Assembly: GCF_000009045.1 (NCBI RefSeq)
Contig: NC_000964.3
Coordinates: forward strand, 2,130,001 to 2,162,000
Direction: 5' to 3'
DNA from: Bacillus subtilis subsp. subtilis str. 168
GTDB taxonomy: Bacteria; Bacillota; Bacilli; Bacillales; Bacillaceae
Length of the DNA: 32,000 bases
The notes under the pieces were generated by a model, which saw nothing but the letters and a program-made list of their open reading frames with translations, was not told where the DNA came from and did not search any database. How positions within the stretch are numbered: position 1 is the stretch's first letter; the number at the start of each line of letters is the position of its first letter. Both the position numbers and the translations under genes were made by a program. Positions 9,129 to 19,083 of the stretch are shown in pieces.

Positions 9129-9156
9129 ATTATACAGTTCAAGTGTAAAATTACAA
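9129..9156 (-). promoter_or_regulatory. putative sigma-A promoter for yozE (TTGTAA-16 nt-TATAAT)
   Basis: The hexamers are read on the minus strand, about 35 nt upstream of the yozE ATG. Confidence 0.4.
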
Positions 9157-9178
9157 CAAAAGAATACTGAAACATGAC

Positions 9179-9457
9179 TCAGGAGAAGTCAAAATAGTTG
9201 CGTTTCAAAATTCTTTCTGTCTCCATGAGCTGCTGATATGTCAGGCTTTCAGGCAGTTTTTTTGTTTGAATTAAAAGCAGCTGATCCTCAATCTCTTTAA
9301 CCGTGTTTTCCTCTTGATAGGTCATACCGCAGGAAGAACATACCATGGCAGGGGTGTCTGTCAGTTCTATAGCCCTCGTTCCATCAGGGAGCTCCCAGTA
9401 CACCGTGTTCCTGCCGGGCACCGCTTCGAGCTCGCCGCACCATTCGCATGTTTTCAT
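9179..9457 (-). CDS. yokU: YokU, YgiT/MqsA-type zinc-ribbon protein
   Basis: The ATG at 9457 follows a GGAGGGGA SD and gives 92 aa. The protein has the CxxC...CxxC pattern. The start overlaps the kamA stop (ATGA). Confidence 0.8.
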   Translation of the reverse strand: MKTCEWCGELEAVPGRNTVYWELPDGTRAIELTDTPAMVCSSCGMTYQEENTVKEIEDQLLLIQTKKLPESLTYQQLMETERILKRNYFDFS

Positions 9458-10869
9458 GAAGAATCCCCTCCGCATTCAGTCTCTTTCTGTTTTTTCTGCT
9501 GCGCCAAAAATTTCTTTTCTTTGAGCTGATCTCTTTTCTCACGCCGATCTTTTAATGTTTCATGCTCCGGATTTGCGATGTATGCCTCTCTCCTTTTGAT
9601 TCTGTCTACATTTTCAGGTGTAAACGAAACTTCTTTGTCAGCAAAAATGGCACTCAGCCCGATCGGCTCCTTTTTGTCAGCGGTTTCAGGGAAAACGGAC
9701 TCAAAATAGGCGTCTGCCTGATTGGGGATATAATTCTCTGGTTCCGGATATGACGTAATCACACCTTCAAAATTTCTTAAGATCACTTTGTCAGGACTTT
9801 GTGACAGGACATAGTTTGGCTGCAGGGCGATTTTACCTCCTCCGCCTGGTGCGTCAACGACAAAGGTAGGAACCGCATAGCCTGAGGTATGACCTCTCAG
9901 CCCTTCAATGATCTCCAAACCTTTGGAAACAGGAGCTCTGAAATGCCCTATTCCTTCTGACAGATCACATTGGTAAATATAATAAGGACGGACTCTGATT
10001 TTTACCAAGTCATGCATGAGCTTTTTCATAATTGGAACCGAATCATTAATACCTGCTAATACGACAGCCTGATTTCCGACCGGCACTCCCGCGTTCACCA
10101 GCTTTTCACATGCCTCAACGGATTCTTCTGTCATTTCGATGCTTGTGTTAAAATGGGTGTTCAGCCAGACCGGATGATATTTTTTCAATATCTCGCACAG
10201 ATGATCGGTAATGCGCTGCGGAAAGACGACGGGAGCTCTTGTTCCGATTCTGATGACTTCCAGATGCGGAATGCTGCGCAGCTCTTTTAAAATATATTCT
10301 AAAATTTGGTCGTTGATGAGCAGCCCATCACCGCCTGAAATTAAACAATCGCGGATTTCGGGTGTTTCCCGGATATAAGCAATTGCAGCATCAAGCTGTT
10401 TTTTGGGGACGCCCATTCCGATTTGTCCGGAAAAGCGCCTTCTTGTGCAGTAGCGGCAGTACATGGAACATTGATTCGTGACAAGAAACAGCACACGGTC
10501 GGGATAGCGGTGTGTCAGACCGGGTACCGGTGAATCTTCATCCTCATGAAGCGGGTCTTCCAGATCGTATTTTGTTTTGTGCATTTCTTCAGAAAGCGGC
10601 ACAGACTGCATGCGTACCGGGCATCTCGGATTGTCGGGGTCCATTAAAGAAGCATAGTAAGGTGTAATATTTAAGGGGATCGTTTTGGTAGAAATTCTGA
10701 CGCCTTCCTCTTCATCCTCGGTCAGATTAATGACTTTCTTTAAATCATCTAACGTTCTTACAGTGTGTGTCAGCTGCCAAAGCCAATCGTTCCATTTCTC
10801 TTCCGGAACGTCCTTCCATAACTCGATCTCCTTCCAATGCCGTTTCGGTTTATACCATTTGTTTTTCAA
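9454..10869 (-). CDS. kamA: L-lysine 2,3-aminomutase (radical SAM/PLP)
   Basis: The 471-aa ORF has the CSMYCRYCTRR radical-SAM motif. It starts at TTG behind a GAGGAGGAG SD. Confidence 0.95.
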   Translation of the reverse strand: MKNKWYKPKRHWKEIELWKDVPEEKWNDWLWQLTHTVRTLDDLKKVINLTEDEEEGVRISTKTIPLNITPYYASLMDPDNPRCPVRMQSVPLSEEMHKTKYDLEDPLHEDEDSPVPGLTHRYPDRVLFLVTNQCSMYCRYCTRRRFSGQIGMGVPKKQLDAAIAYIRETPEIRDCLISGGDGLLINDQILEYILKELRSIPHLEVIRIGTRAPVVFPQRITDHLCEILKKYHPVWLNTHFNTSIEMTEESVEACEKLVNAGVPVGNQAVVLAGINDSVPIMKKLMHDLVKIRVRPYYIYQCDLSEGIGHFRAPVSKGLEIIEGLRGHTSGYAVPTFVVDAPGGGGKIALQPNYVLSQSPDKVILRNFEGVITSYPEPENYIPNQADAYFESVFPETADKKEPIGLSAIFADKEVSFTPENVDRIKRREAYIANPEHETLKDRREKRDQLKEKKFLAQQKKQKETECGGDSS

Positions 10870-10897
10870 ACGAACTCCTCCTCGCGCATATTTTGAC

Positions 10898-11725
10898 TTA
10901 CAGTTGCTTGCACCAAATATTCATGTTTTCAAGGCCTTCGGCTATAAAGCAATTATTGATCAGCCTTCCGCCATACTGATAACCTGAATGGTACAACACA
11001 GCATTCATCCCAAAAGACGAAGCACGGGCGAGAGAAAACACATGAACGATATCCTCTCCAGCCATTTCTTTTTCTAACGCCTCGATTAAAAAGCTTGTTA
11101 ACGAATGGCCGCGATATTCCGGCAGCACAGCGCAATCGGTTATTTCTGCATGCCCAAGCTCTGGATTGATTTCTGCGCTTGCTGCGCTGATCAGGCGGTC
11201 ATGATCAAGCATGATATAATACACCGTATTTGCATTCATCGTCTTTTCAATATAAGCGGGGTCAAATACCGGGGTTGGGTACGTGCGGAATACTTTTTTA
11301 TACAGCATCGATAGCTGGTACATGTCGTTTGTTTCTGCTTTTCTCATCGTAAAAACGGGTGTACTGTCGTTGCGAAGACGGGGCGCTGTGCGATATATGG
11401 CTTCGATGATCTCCTGTTCCTCTGTATAAGAATCTGTTTGTCTCCGGCTTTCTGAAAGGTAACGTACCATGACACAAGCCGAATGGCCGAGATAATAGCC
11501 CTTTAGATAGCCCTCCGGCGCAAATAATTGTTTGGCAAGGATCGGCTCATCATGCTGCTTCGCATAGACAATGATTTTTTCTGCATTCTCTTCTTTTGCC
11601 GCTGCCACGATATCCGGCAGGGCCTTCTCAATGGCTCCGTCATAACGAACCACTCTGATTCGTTTATTAAAGCCGTCATGGTCCAAAACTGCTGTGACAC
11701 CGCTACTCTTTATTGACTTGAGCAT
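10898..11725 (-). CDS. yodP: GNAT acetyltransferase YodP (AblB-like beta-lysine N6-acetyltransferase)
   Basis: The ATG at 11725 follows a GGGGAGGA SD and gives 275 aa. A GNAT fold occupies the C-terminal half. The start overlaps the yodQ 3' end. Confidence 0.85.
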
Positions 11726-13013
11726 CCGCATCCTCCCCATCTGTATGAAGGCCGCACCAATCCATGACAAAAAGTGCAATAATTTTAGCAGATTCTATCA
11801 TGGCTTCAACCTCAATGTATTCATTGGCCTGATGAGCCGTTTTTGTTTCCCCCGGCCCGAAAACGATCACTGGTGTATCTCCTGCATGGTACAAAAGCCC
11901 TCCATCCGTTCCCCACGGGGAAGCCTCAATAATCGGCTCTGTCTGTTTCATTTTTTGATAGGCTGATTGCAGCACAGAAATTAAAGGGTGATCATCAGGT
12001 AAATCATTCGGCAGCCATTGAGCGCCAAACCATTCGACTTGTACGGGATGGCGTTTAAACCATTCGTCATGGTATTCTAAATCCTTCAGCCAGTTTTCCA
12101 ATTCAAGTTTTACAGCTTCTGGTTTCTCATGGGGAGCAATTCCGCATCTCCCTTCTATGACGACACGGTCTGCAACTGAAGATGGCCAGGCACCGCCTGA
12201 GATGGTGCCGATATTCACCGGTACCGGTATTGGGATATTGTCATACAGCGGATCTGAAATTCTCGCATTGCGGACTTTCTCCAGCTCTTGTATCGCTGTG
12301 ATAACGTGCATGCTTTTTTCAATCGCGCTTACCCCTTCATAGCGTGTGCCCCCATGTGCGGATAATCCCTTCACAGTGATCCGAAACCACATCGAACCCT
12401 GCTGCTTAATAAATAGTTTCATATTCGTCGGTTCAGGAATCAGCGCCCCGTCAGCACGATAGCCTCTCATGATGGCGGAAAGTGTACCGGCGCCGCCGCA
12501 CTCTTCATCTACAACACTCTGAAACAATACATCTCCCTTCAGTTTGACATCGCAGGCGTGCAGGGCTTCTAAAGCAAAAAGAAGGGCTGTATTGCCTCCC
12601 TTCATATCCGTTGAGCCGCGGCCGTATATTTTACCGTTTTCTTCGACAGCTTGATACGGTTCATACTTCCAATCCTTTACGCTTCCTTCAGGCACAACAT
12701 CGATATGGCCGTTCAAAATCAGGGACCTGCCTCCGCCGGCTCCCGTTTTTTTAGCCACGATATTCGGGCTCTCATGAAAATCGGATCGGTTAGATTTAAA
12801 GTAGGGATGCTGTTTTAATTGCTTTATGCTTGGCTCCCATACATCAATGTCCATATGAAATTGCCGCAGCTTTTCAAGCACAACAGCTTGGGCGTTAAAC
12901 TCTGACCCCAATGTGCTTTTTTCCCCAATCAGCCTTTTGAGAAGACGAATGGCTTTGGCCGAATGCTGATCAAGCCACTCGATTACTTTTCTTTCAATGT
13001 CTTGCATCCTCAT
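11703..13013 (-). CDS. yodQ: M20-family deacylase (ArgE/DapE-like) YodQ
   Basis: The 436-aa ORF has the motifs HIDVVP and STDMKGG. The start could instead be the second ATG, 6 nt in. Confidence 0.85.
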
Positions 13014-13021
13014 TCCCCCTC

Positions 13022-13675
13022 TTAAGAAAAAGGCATATCTATTTTGATTTCAGCTTCTGTCAGCCTCGTCACCTCATCGATTGTCGAGCCATTCATCAGC
13101 TCTTTTAAAATGAAGTGATGGCTATCGACCTCAAGAACCGCTTTTTCGGTAATAATCAAATCTACACAGCCTGCAGCAGTTAATGGCAGCGTACATCTTT
13201 CTGTTAATTTAGGCCTTCCCTTTTGATCTGTATGACTCATGACGACAACCACTTTTTTCGCTTTTTGGGCAAGCTCCATCGCCCCGCCCATACCAGGCAC
13301 CTTTTTTCCCGGAACAAGCCAATTTGCCAAATCTCCTGATTGGCTCACCTGCAGGGCGCCTAAAATCGTAATGTCAATTTTGCCTTTTCTGATCATCGCA
13401 AAAGACATGGTTGTATCAAAATAAGAAGCCCCTTTTACAGCGCGGACAGGATATCCCGCGGCGTTGCATAAATGCGCATCCTCTTCTCCCTTTTCGGGAC
13501 TTTCTCCAATGCCAAGGACACCGTTTTCCGCTTGAAACATGACCTGCATGTCAGGCTTCAAAAAGTTCGGTACCAAGGAAGGGATACCGATACCGAGATT
13601 CACAATCATGCCCTGCTTAATTTCAGTAGCAGCGCGTTTTGCAATCTGTTCTCTTTCTGCTACTCCCAAGCCCAT
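13022..13675 (-). CDS. yodR: 3-oxoacid CoA-transferase subunit B (YodR)
   Basis: The ORF is about 217 aa and resembles AtoA/ScoB. It overlaps the yodS 3' end. Confidence 0.85.
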
Positions 13676-14349
13676 TTCCACTTCACTCCCTCGCTTCGTA
13701 CAACCCCCTCAACAAAAACCCCCGGTGTGACAATCATTTCTTCAGAAATCTCCCCCATCGGAACGATACGCTCAGCTTCGGCAAAGGTTCTCCTGGCGGC
13801 CATTGCCATAAGCGGGTTCATATTGCGCGCGGTTTTGTCATACGTTAGATTGCCGAATTCATCTGCAATGTAAGCATTGATGAAAGCAAAATCAGCAGTC
13901 AGCGCCTCTTCAATCAAGTATCGTTTTCCCGCCACTGTTACGATGTCCTTTTTTTCGCAAACCATTTGATTATCAATGCCCACGTCGGTTAAAATACCGC
14001 CAAGCCCCGCTCCGCCGGCGCGAATCCGTTCCGCAAGCGTTCCCTGAGGTGAAAATTGAACCTCTAACGTCCCCTCTGTCATCTGTTTTCCGGCTACTGG
14101 ATTGGAACCGATATGCGAGGCGATCAGGGTTTTGACCCGTTGATTAACAATAAGCGGGCCGATTCCGATATCCGGGAAACCGGCGTCATTGCAAATCACA
14201 GTCAAATCCGTTACACCGCTGTCCAATATCGCTTCAATCAATGAAGGAGGCGACCCGACTCCCCCAAAACCGCCAAACATCAGAACCGATCCATCCCGAA
14301 CATCTGCAATTGCTGTGTCAATGCTGATTGCTTTTTGAAATGGCGCCAT
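13660..14349 (-). CDS. yodS: 3-oxoacid CoA-transferase subunit A (YodS)
   Basis: The 229-aa ORF resembles AtoD/ScoA (GGFGGVGSP). Confidence 0.85.
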   Translation of the reverse strand: MAPFQKAISIDTAIADVRDGSVLMFGGFGGVGSPPSLIEAILDSGVTDLTVICNDAGFPDIGIGPLIVNQRVKTLIASHIGSNPVAGKQMTEGTLEVQFSPQGTLAERIRAGGAGLGGILTDVGIDNQMVCEKKDIVTVAGKRYLIEEALTADFAFINAYIADEFGNLTYDKTARNMNPLMAMAARRTFAEAERIVPMGEISEEMIVTPGVFVEGVVRSEGVKWKWAWE

Positions 14350-14355
14350 TTAATG

Positions 14356-15690
14356 TCAATCCTTTTTTAAGTTTTTTTCGACCGCTGCAACTGTTTCTGA
14401 AAAAATAGAGATAAGCTCTTCCATTTCACCGTCTGAAATAGTAAAAGGAGGAGCAATAATGACAGCATCTCCTTCTCCACTGTCTATTCCAGCTTTGGAA
14501 GGATAAACAATCAGCCCGCGTTTTTTCGCCTCGCTGACAATAAGCTGGGTTATCGCCTGCTCTGGCGGAAACACTTTCTTCGTTTTTTGGTCTGCCACAA
14601 ATTCAATGCCTAATAGCAGTCCTTTTCCGCGCACCTCACCTATAATGCCGCTTTGAGATGCCGCCTCATCAAGCTTCTTCTTCAGCACAGCGCCCTTTTT
14701 TTCTGATTGTTTGATCAAGCCGTGCTTTAACACATATCGCAAAACTTCAAGAGCAGCTTTGGCTGAATAGGGATGTGCACTATATGTGTGACCGCTCATA
14801 ATCACACCTGACCCTTGTTTTATGGTTTCAATAATAGAATCAGATACGACGGCAGCAGCAATAGGTGCATACCCCGCACCGAGTCCCTTCCCCAGTACAG
14901 CAATATCAGGTACGGTATCCCAATGCTCTGTCGCGAGCATCCTTCCTGTTCTCCCAAGCCCCGTCATCACTTCATCTGCAATAAAAAGCACATCGTGTGT
15001 GCGGCATACCTCACTTAATCTCTCATAATATCCCGGAGGCGGAGTAATCGCTGCTCCTGCAGCACCAATAATAGGCTCAGCCACAAAGCCGGCGATGAAT
15101 TGGCTTCCGATTCTTTTAATCATGGTGTCCAGTTCATCAGCTGCAGTCTGAACAAAGTCTTCTTCCGTCTCGTGATTCAGCCGATAAATATGTGGAGCTG
15201 AGATAGCTGGATACCGCTCAATGAGATGGGTGAACCGGTATCTCCTTTCATAAAAACCAGACAATGAAAGCGCTCCCAAAGTTATTCCGTGGTAACTGCT
15301 CCATCGAGACAAAAAGATGGATTTTTGTGTTTGCTTTTTTTCCTGCCAATACTGAATGGCGATTTTCATAGCTGTTTCTATCGCTTCTGATCCGCTGTTG
15401 ACAAAAAAAGACCAATTCACATCTCCGGGCAGCTCCTGTGCCAAGAGAGCGGCTAATTGCTCGGCGGGCTCACTCGTAAACTGTGAGCGGTAAGCAAAAG
15501 ACACCTGATCAAGCTGTTCTTTCAGCTTCTCAGTCACATCACGAACTCCGTGGCCGATATTACATGTCACCGCACCTGACGAGCCGTCGAGATATTTTTT
15601 TCCGGTCTGATCATAAACATATGAACCCTTCGCATAACTGACAACCGGATAGGCCGAGCTAAGCTCTGGCTTAATCAAATAACTGCTCAT
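14356..15690 (-). CDS. yodT: class-III PLP aminotransferase YodT
   Basis: The 444-aa ORF has an omega-aminotransferase-like sequence and a GAGGTGGGAG SD. Confidence 0.9.
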   Translation of the reverse strand: MSSYLIKPELSSAYPVVSYAKGSYVYDQTGKKYLDGSSGAVTCNIGHGVRDVTEKLKEQLDQVSFAYRSQFTSEPAEQLAALLAQELPGDVNWSFFVNSGSEAIETAMKIAIQYWQEKKQTQKSIFLSRWSSYHGITLGALSLSGFYERRYRFTHLIERYPAISAPHIYRLNHETEEDFVQTAADELDTMIKRIGSQFIAGFVAEPIIGAAGAAITPPPGYYERLSEVCRTHDVLFIADEVMTGLGRTGRMLATEHWDTVPDIAVLGKGLGAGYAPIAAAVVSDSIIETIKQGSGVIMSGHTYSAHPYSAKAALEVLRYVLKHGLIKQSEKKGAVLKKKLDEAASQSGIIGEVRGKGLLLGIEFVADQKTKKVFPPEQAITQLIVSEAKKRGLIVYPSKAGIDSGEGDAVIIAPPFTISDGEMEELISIFSETVAAVEKNLKKD

Positions 15691-15718
15691 GCTCCCACCT
15701 CAAAACCCCTTTTACCAT

Positions 15719-15747
15719 ATTGTATGAGTGTCCAAATGGCGGCATGA
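15719..15747 (-). promoter_or_regulatory. sigma-E-type promoter for the yodT-yokU operon (TCATgcc-14 nt-CATACAAT)
   Basis: The -10 CATACAAT (rc of 15719-15726) matches the sigma-E -10 consensus CATACA-T. The -35 is a partial match. From memory, the operon is sigma-E dependent. Confidence 0.5.
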
Positions 15748-15774
15748 CGTTCCCCGCAAAAACTTTTTCACATA

Positions 15775-15806
15775 AAAAGAGCCTTCCTAATAAGGAAGGC
15801 TCTTTT
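15775..15806. terminator. strong hairpin terminator ending the cge-side transcription unit
   Basis: Stem aaaagagccttcc/ggaaggctctttt has a 6-nt loop. Confidence 0.85.
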
Positions 15807-15819
15807 GAAATTTCAGCAT

Positions 15820-15933
15820 CTAGCAAATAAAAGCGGCTCCAACAATAATTAATAAAATGAACAAGACAACAATTAACACAAATGTATTTGTCCCGCAGCC
15901 AAATCCGTAACCGTACCCAGAGTATCCATACAT
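15820..15933 (-). CDS. 37-aa YjcZ-family tiny sporulation membrane peptide (MYGYSGYGYGFGCGTNTFVLIVVLFILLIIVGAAFIC)
   Basis: This is the internal ATG of the 77-aa track ORF. The Gly/Tyr N-terminus plus a single TM is typical of the tiny_TM_bacill/YjcZ family. The SD (AAAGGA) is weak. Confidence 0.6.
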   Translation of the reverse strand: MYGYSGYGYGFGCGTNTFVLIVVLFILLIIVGAAFIC

Positions 15934-16012
15934 GCTGTTTTCATCCTTTCTTATCACGATATACGACATTTTATGCGGGCCAAGTCCCAAATGGTTTGTG
16001 CAAACGCCTATT

Positions 16013-16792
16013 TCATGTAAGGAAATAATGAAATACAGTATGCACCCGCTCATATTTTTTAAACGTCAGCTTTTCGTAAAACTGAGTTGCACCGTCAGTG
16101 CTTGCAGCCACTAAGTAGGCTGCTTCCATTCCTAGTGATTTGGCGATGGACAGCATTTCTTTCACTAAGATACTGCCGTAGCCCTTCCTTTGAAACTGAT
16201 CTAAAATTGCCACTTCTTCGATTTTAGCCGTTTTCTCTTGATGATCGATAAACAGCTCGCCGCACCCAATGGGAACTTTCTGTGCCTGGTCGCTGTAACA
16301 AACAACAAGAATGATTATATCTGCTTCATAGAAAGGATATTTTCTTTTTAATTTTTGTTCAGCGATTGCTTCTCCAATATAAATGGAATCGTAAATTTTC
16401 ATAATAGAAGATCCGTCGCTAAGACTTTTTGCCGTCCCCCATGCGGTTAAAGGATGTCCCATCTGCCCCTTCCAGTCACTAAGCTTCATGTCATATAGTA
16501 GCTCATCCTCGACGACAAAACCGCTTTTTACAAGTGACTGCTTCAAACCGAGCGGAAAAACATGCTGCGGCGACGCTTTTAAATGGAGATAATTCGCATC
16601 AAGCAGCTTTGGTACGGAGGGTAAAAAGTTAAGTAACCGCTCCAATGGAAACGTATCATGGAGCTGAACAAAGTTATGAGAAAAAATTTGCGGAAGCTGC
16701 GGATCTCTGTATACGCTGTAATGATCAAACGATGCCGATTCAGACGTTAACAATATATATTGATGTTCCGTTTTTGAATAATGTCCTGTCAT
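16013..16792 (-). CDS. cgeE: spore crust maturation protein CgeE (GNAT acetyltransferase)
   Basis: The ATG at 16792 follows an AAAGGAGA SD and gives 259 aa. A GNAT motif lies in the C-terminal part (QRKGYGS). Confidence 0.85.
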   Translation of the reverse strand: MTGHYSKTEHQYILLTSESASFDHYSVYRDPQLPQIFSHNFVQLHDTFPLERLLNFLPSVPKLLDANYLHLKASPQHVFPLGLKQSLVKSGFVVEDELLYDMKLSDWKGQMGHPLTAWGTAKSLSDGSSIMKIYDSIYIGEAIAEQKLKRKYPFYEADIIILVVCYSDQAQKVPIGCGELFIDHQEKTAKIEEVAILDQFQRKGYGSILVKEMLSIAKSLGMEAAYLVAASTDGATQFYEKLTFKKYERVHTVFHYFLT

Positions 16793-16820
16793 GAACGTCT
16801 CCTTTTTATGACCTATACCT

Positions 16821-18101
16821 TTACTCTGTTGCAATATTCAATTTCTTTATAATCTCATCGTACACCGGATAAAACGGCTTTCCAATTGGAAATTGCTGAA
16901 TATTTCGGAAAGAAGCGGAGATTGGCTTCTGATGTAAAAAAAACTTCCTTGTTACTTGTTCACTAATCGGGTGAAAGACGCCGTTTAGAAACAAAAACGG
17001 CTCGCGTTCGATGAAAAACAGACGTCGGCCAGGCGGATTTTTGATCAATTCAGATCGTTTCCACGTAATCGGCGGCCCTTCCGGAAGCGTCTCCATCTCT
17101 TCTTTTCCAATTGTCACTATGTCTTTTCTTTGAAATTGATAAAATTGAAACGCATACTGGTCCACAATTCGCCTTTTTTTTCCGGCTTCGATATAAAATA
17201 TTGCAGGATGGTCAGCTTCCTTTACTAAAATATAATTCGGAATGTTTAAAATTTTGCCAATCCTATATTGGAATAAATATGGGTCTGGAACAGCGACAGT
17301 CCGATTTAGATACAAAAAACCCCACTTTTCTCCAACAGGATGCCTTACACCCTGATCAAAAAAATACACATTTTGATCTGAACCTTTTACAAAAGAGCCG
17401 TCAATCAAATCGGCGGGCAGAAACCGATATGCATTTTGAAATGAATCTGGGGTTTTATAGGTTGTGTCTAATACTTCATTTATCGGCAGAAATGGGGTAA
17501 AGTTGTTGAGTCTCGCCCAAAAAATTGCGTCGCCATGATTCCAATGCTTCATATCATCATCCCAGTAGCCTCCAAATTTATGGTGAATGAGATTAAGTAA
17601 CGAACGGCGATGCATAACTGAGCAATGATCAACTTGAAAAGCGGCCTGATCAAGCACTGCATTGGCATTTCTGTAGAAATGTGAGATTTCCTCTCCCCTT
17701 TCGTTTACATGTACAACTTTTTGTTTTGAATAGACCGCCTGCGCTTCAGGCTTATGTGAAAACTCTTGCACCATACGGCTCAGCCGCTCAGGATGATAAA
17801 CAGTGTCGTCAGTAAGATAGGAAATGTAATCGCCGTCTGCAAATGGGAGCGCACTGTTAATTAATGTGGCATAACGGGCTGTTTTTAATCGATCTGCAGG
17901 ATGCACGAAACTGTTATGATATTGAATGCGCCGGTCATGGAGATACTTGTGAATCACCGCAGTTGTTTCTGCATTCGAATGATCATCCATGATAAAAAGC
18001 TCCCAAAGATCATGCGTTTGCTGTATCACGCTTTCGATCGCTTTTTGCAAATAATCGGGTTTGTTGTAACTTGTTAAAATAATAGACACTTTCTCTCCCA
18101 T
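16821..18101 (-). CDS. cgeD: spore crust glycosyltransferase CgeD (GT2 family)
   Basis: The 426-aa ORF has a GT-A N-terminus (SIILTSYNKPDYL...DD) and a GGGAGG SD. Confidence 0.9.
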   Translation of the reverse strand: MGEKVSIILTSYNKPDYLQKAIESVIQQTHDLWELFIMDDHSNAETTAVIHKYLHDRRIQYHNSFVHPADRLKTARYATLINSALPFADGDYISYLTDDTVYHPERLSRMVQEFSHKPEAQAVYSKQKVVHVNERGEEISHFYRNANAVLDQAAFQVDHCSVMHRRSLLNLIHHKFGGYWDDDMKHWNHGDAIFWARLNNFTPFLPINEVLDTTYKTPDSFQNAYRFLPADLIDGSFVKGSDQNVYFFDQGVRHPVGEKWGFLYLNRTVAVPDPYLFQYRIGKILNIPNYILVKEADHPAIFYIEAGKKRRIVDQYAFQFYQFQRKDIVTIGKEEMETLPEGPPITWKRSELIKNPPGRRLFFIEREPFLFLNGVFHPISEQVTRKFFLHQKPISASFRNIQQFPIGKPFYPVYDEIIKKLNIATE

Positions 18102-18165
18102 CTATACCGCCTCCCGCCGTCAAACATAAAAACGGCTCCGCAGCAAGCAGAGCCTCTGTCATCAT

Positions 18166-18471
18166 TTAAAAAGCACCCCAGCTTACAACACTTGAGAGTG
18201 AAACATGAGATCTCGTGTTATTTAACGGGTTTTGGAAAATAACCAAATCAGTCAGAACTTCTTTTACGATGACATTTTGAAGTGTATCTCCGTTGATCAA
18301 ATTGACTTTTGAAACCGGTACGCCCAGCTCTTTTGCAAAAACAAGCTGGCGTCTGAGGTCAGATGGATTTCCTTCAGAAGACGATTGACGTATCAGCAGA
18401 ATCAGCAAAAGCAAAATAAAATGCAGATCATCTTGGTTTTCTTCTCGATCCACTTGTTTCTCTAAATCCAA
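18166..18471 (-). CDS. cgeC: spore crust protein CgeC
   Basis: The TTG at 18471 follows an AGGGAGAGGG SD and gives 101 aa. Confidence 0.7.
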   Translation of the reverse strand: MDLEKQVDREENQDDLHFILLLLILLIRQSSSEGNPSDLRRQLVFAKELGVPVSKVNLINGDTLQNVIVKEVLTDLVIFQNPLNNTRSHVSLSSVVSWGAF

Positions 18472-18663
18472 ATCATCCCTCTCCCTTATCCTTATCTCTG
18501 TTTCACAATATGTGCGACTTCGATTTATGGTATAGGCTATGTCCACTCCATTAAAAAATCAGCATTTTCCTTAAATAGATGAAAAATAGATCAGGTACGG
18601 CGTTCGACTCATACCAAATAACAGCCGGAAGAATATGAATAACGTGAGTTCACTATCGAATAG

Positions 18664-19077
<414 letters not shown>

Positions 19078-19083
19078 CATCCG

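Noticed and set aside
11105-15028. Assorted 60-130-aa track ORFs overlapping yodP, yodQ, yodR, yodS and yodT (for example 13472-13873 and 14815-15028)
   Set aside because: All are antisense or out-of-frame within strongly supported enzyme genes. They have no SDs.
17111-17500. 129-aa plus-strand ORF inside cgeD, and 19519-19830 inside cgeB
   Set aside because: These are antisense shadows without SDs.
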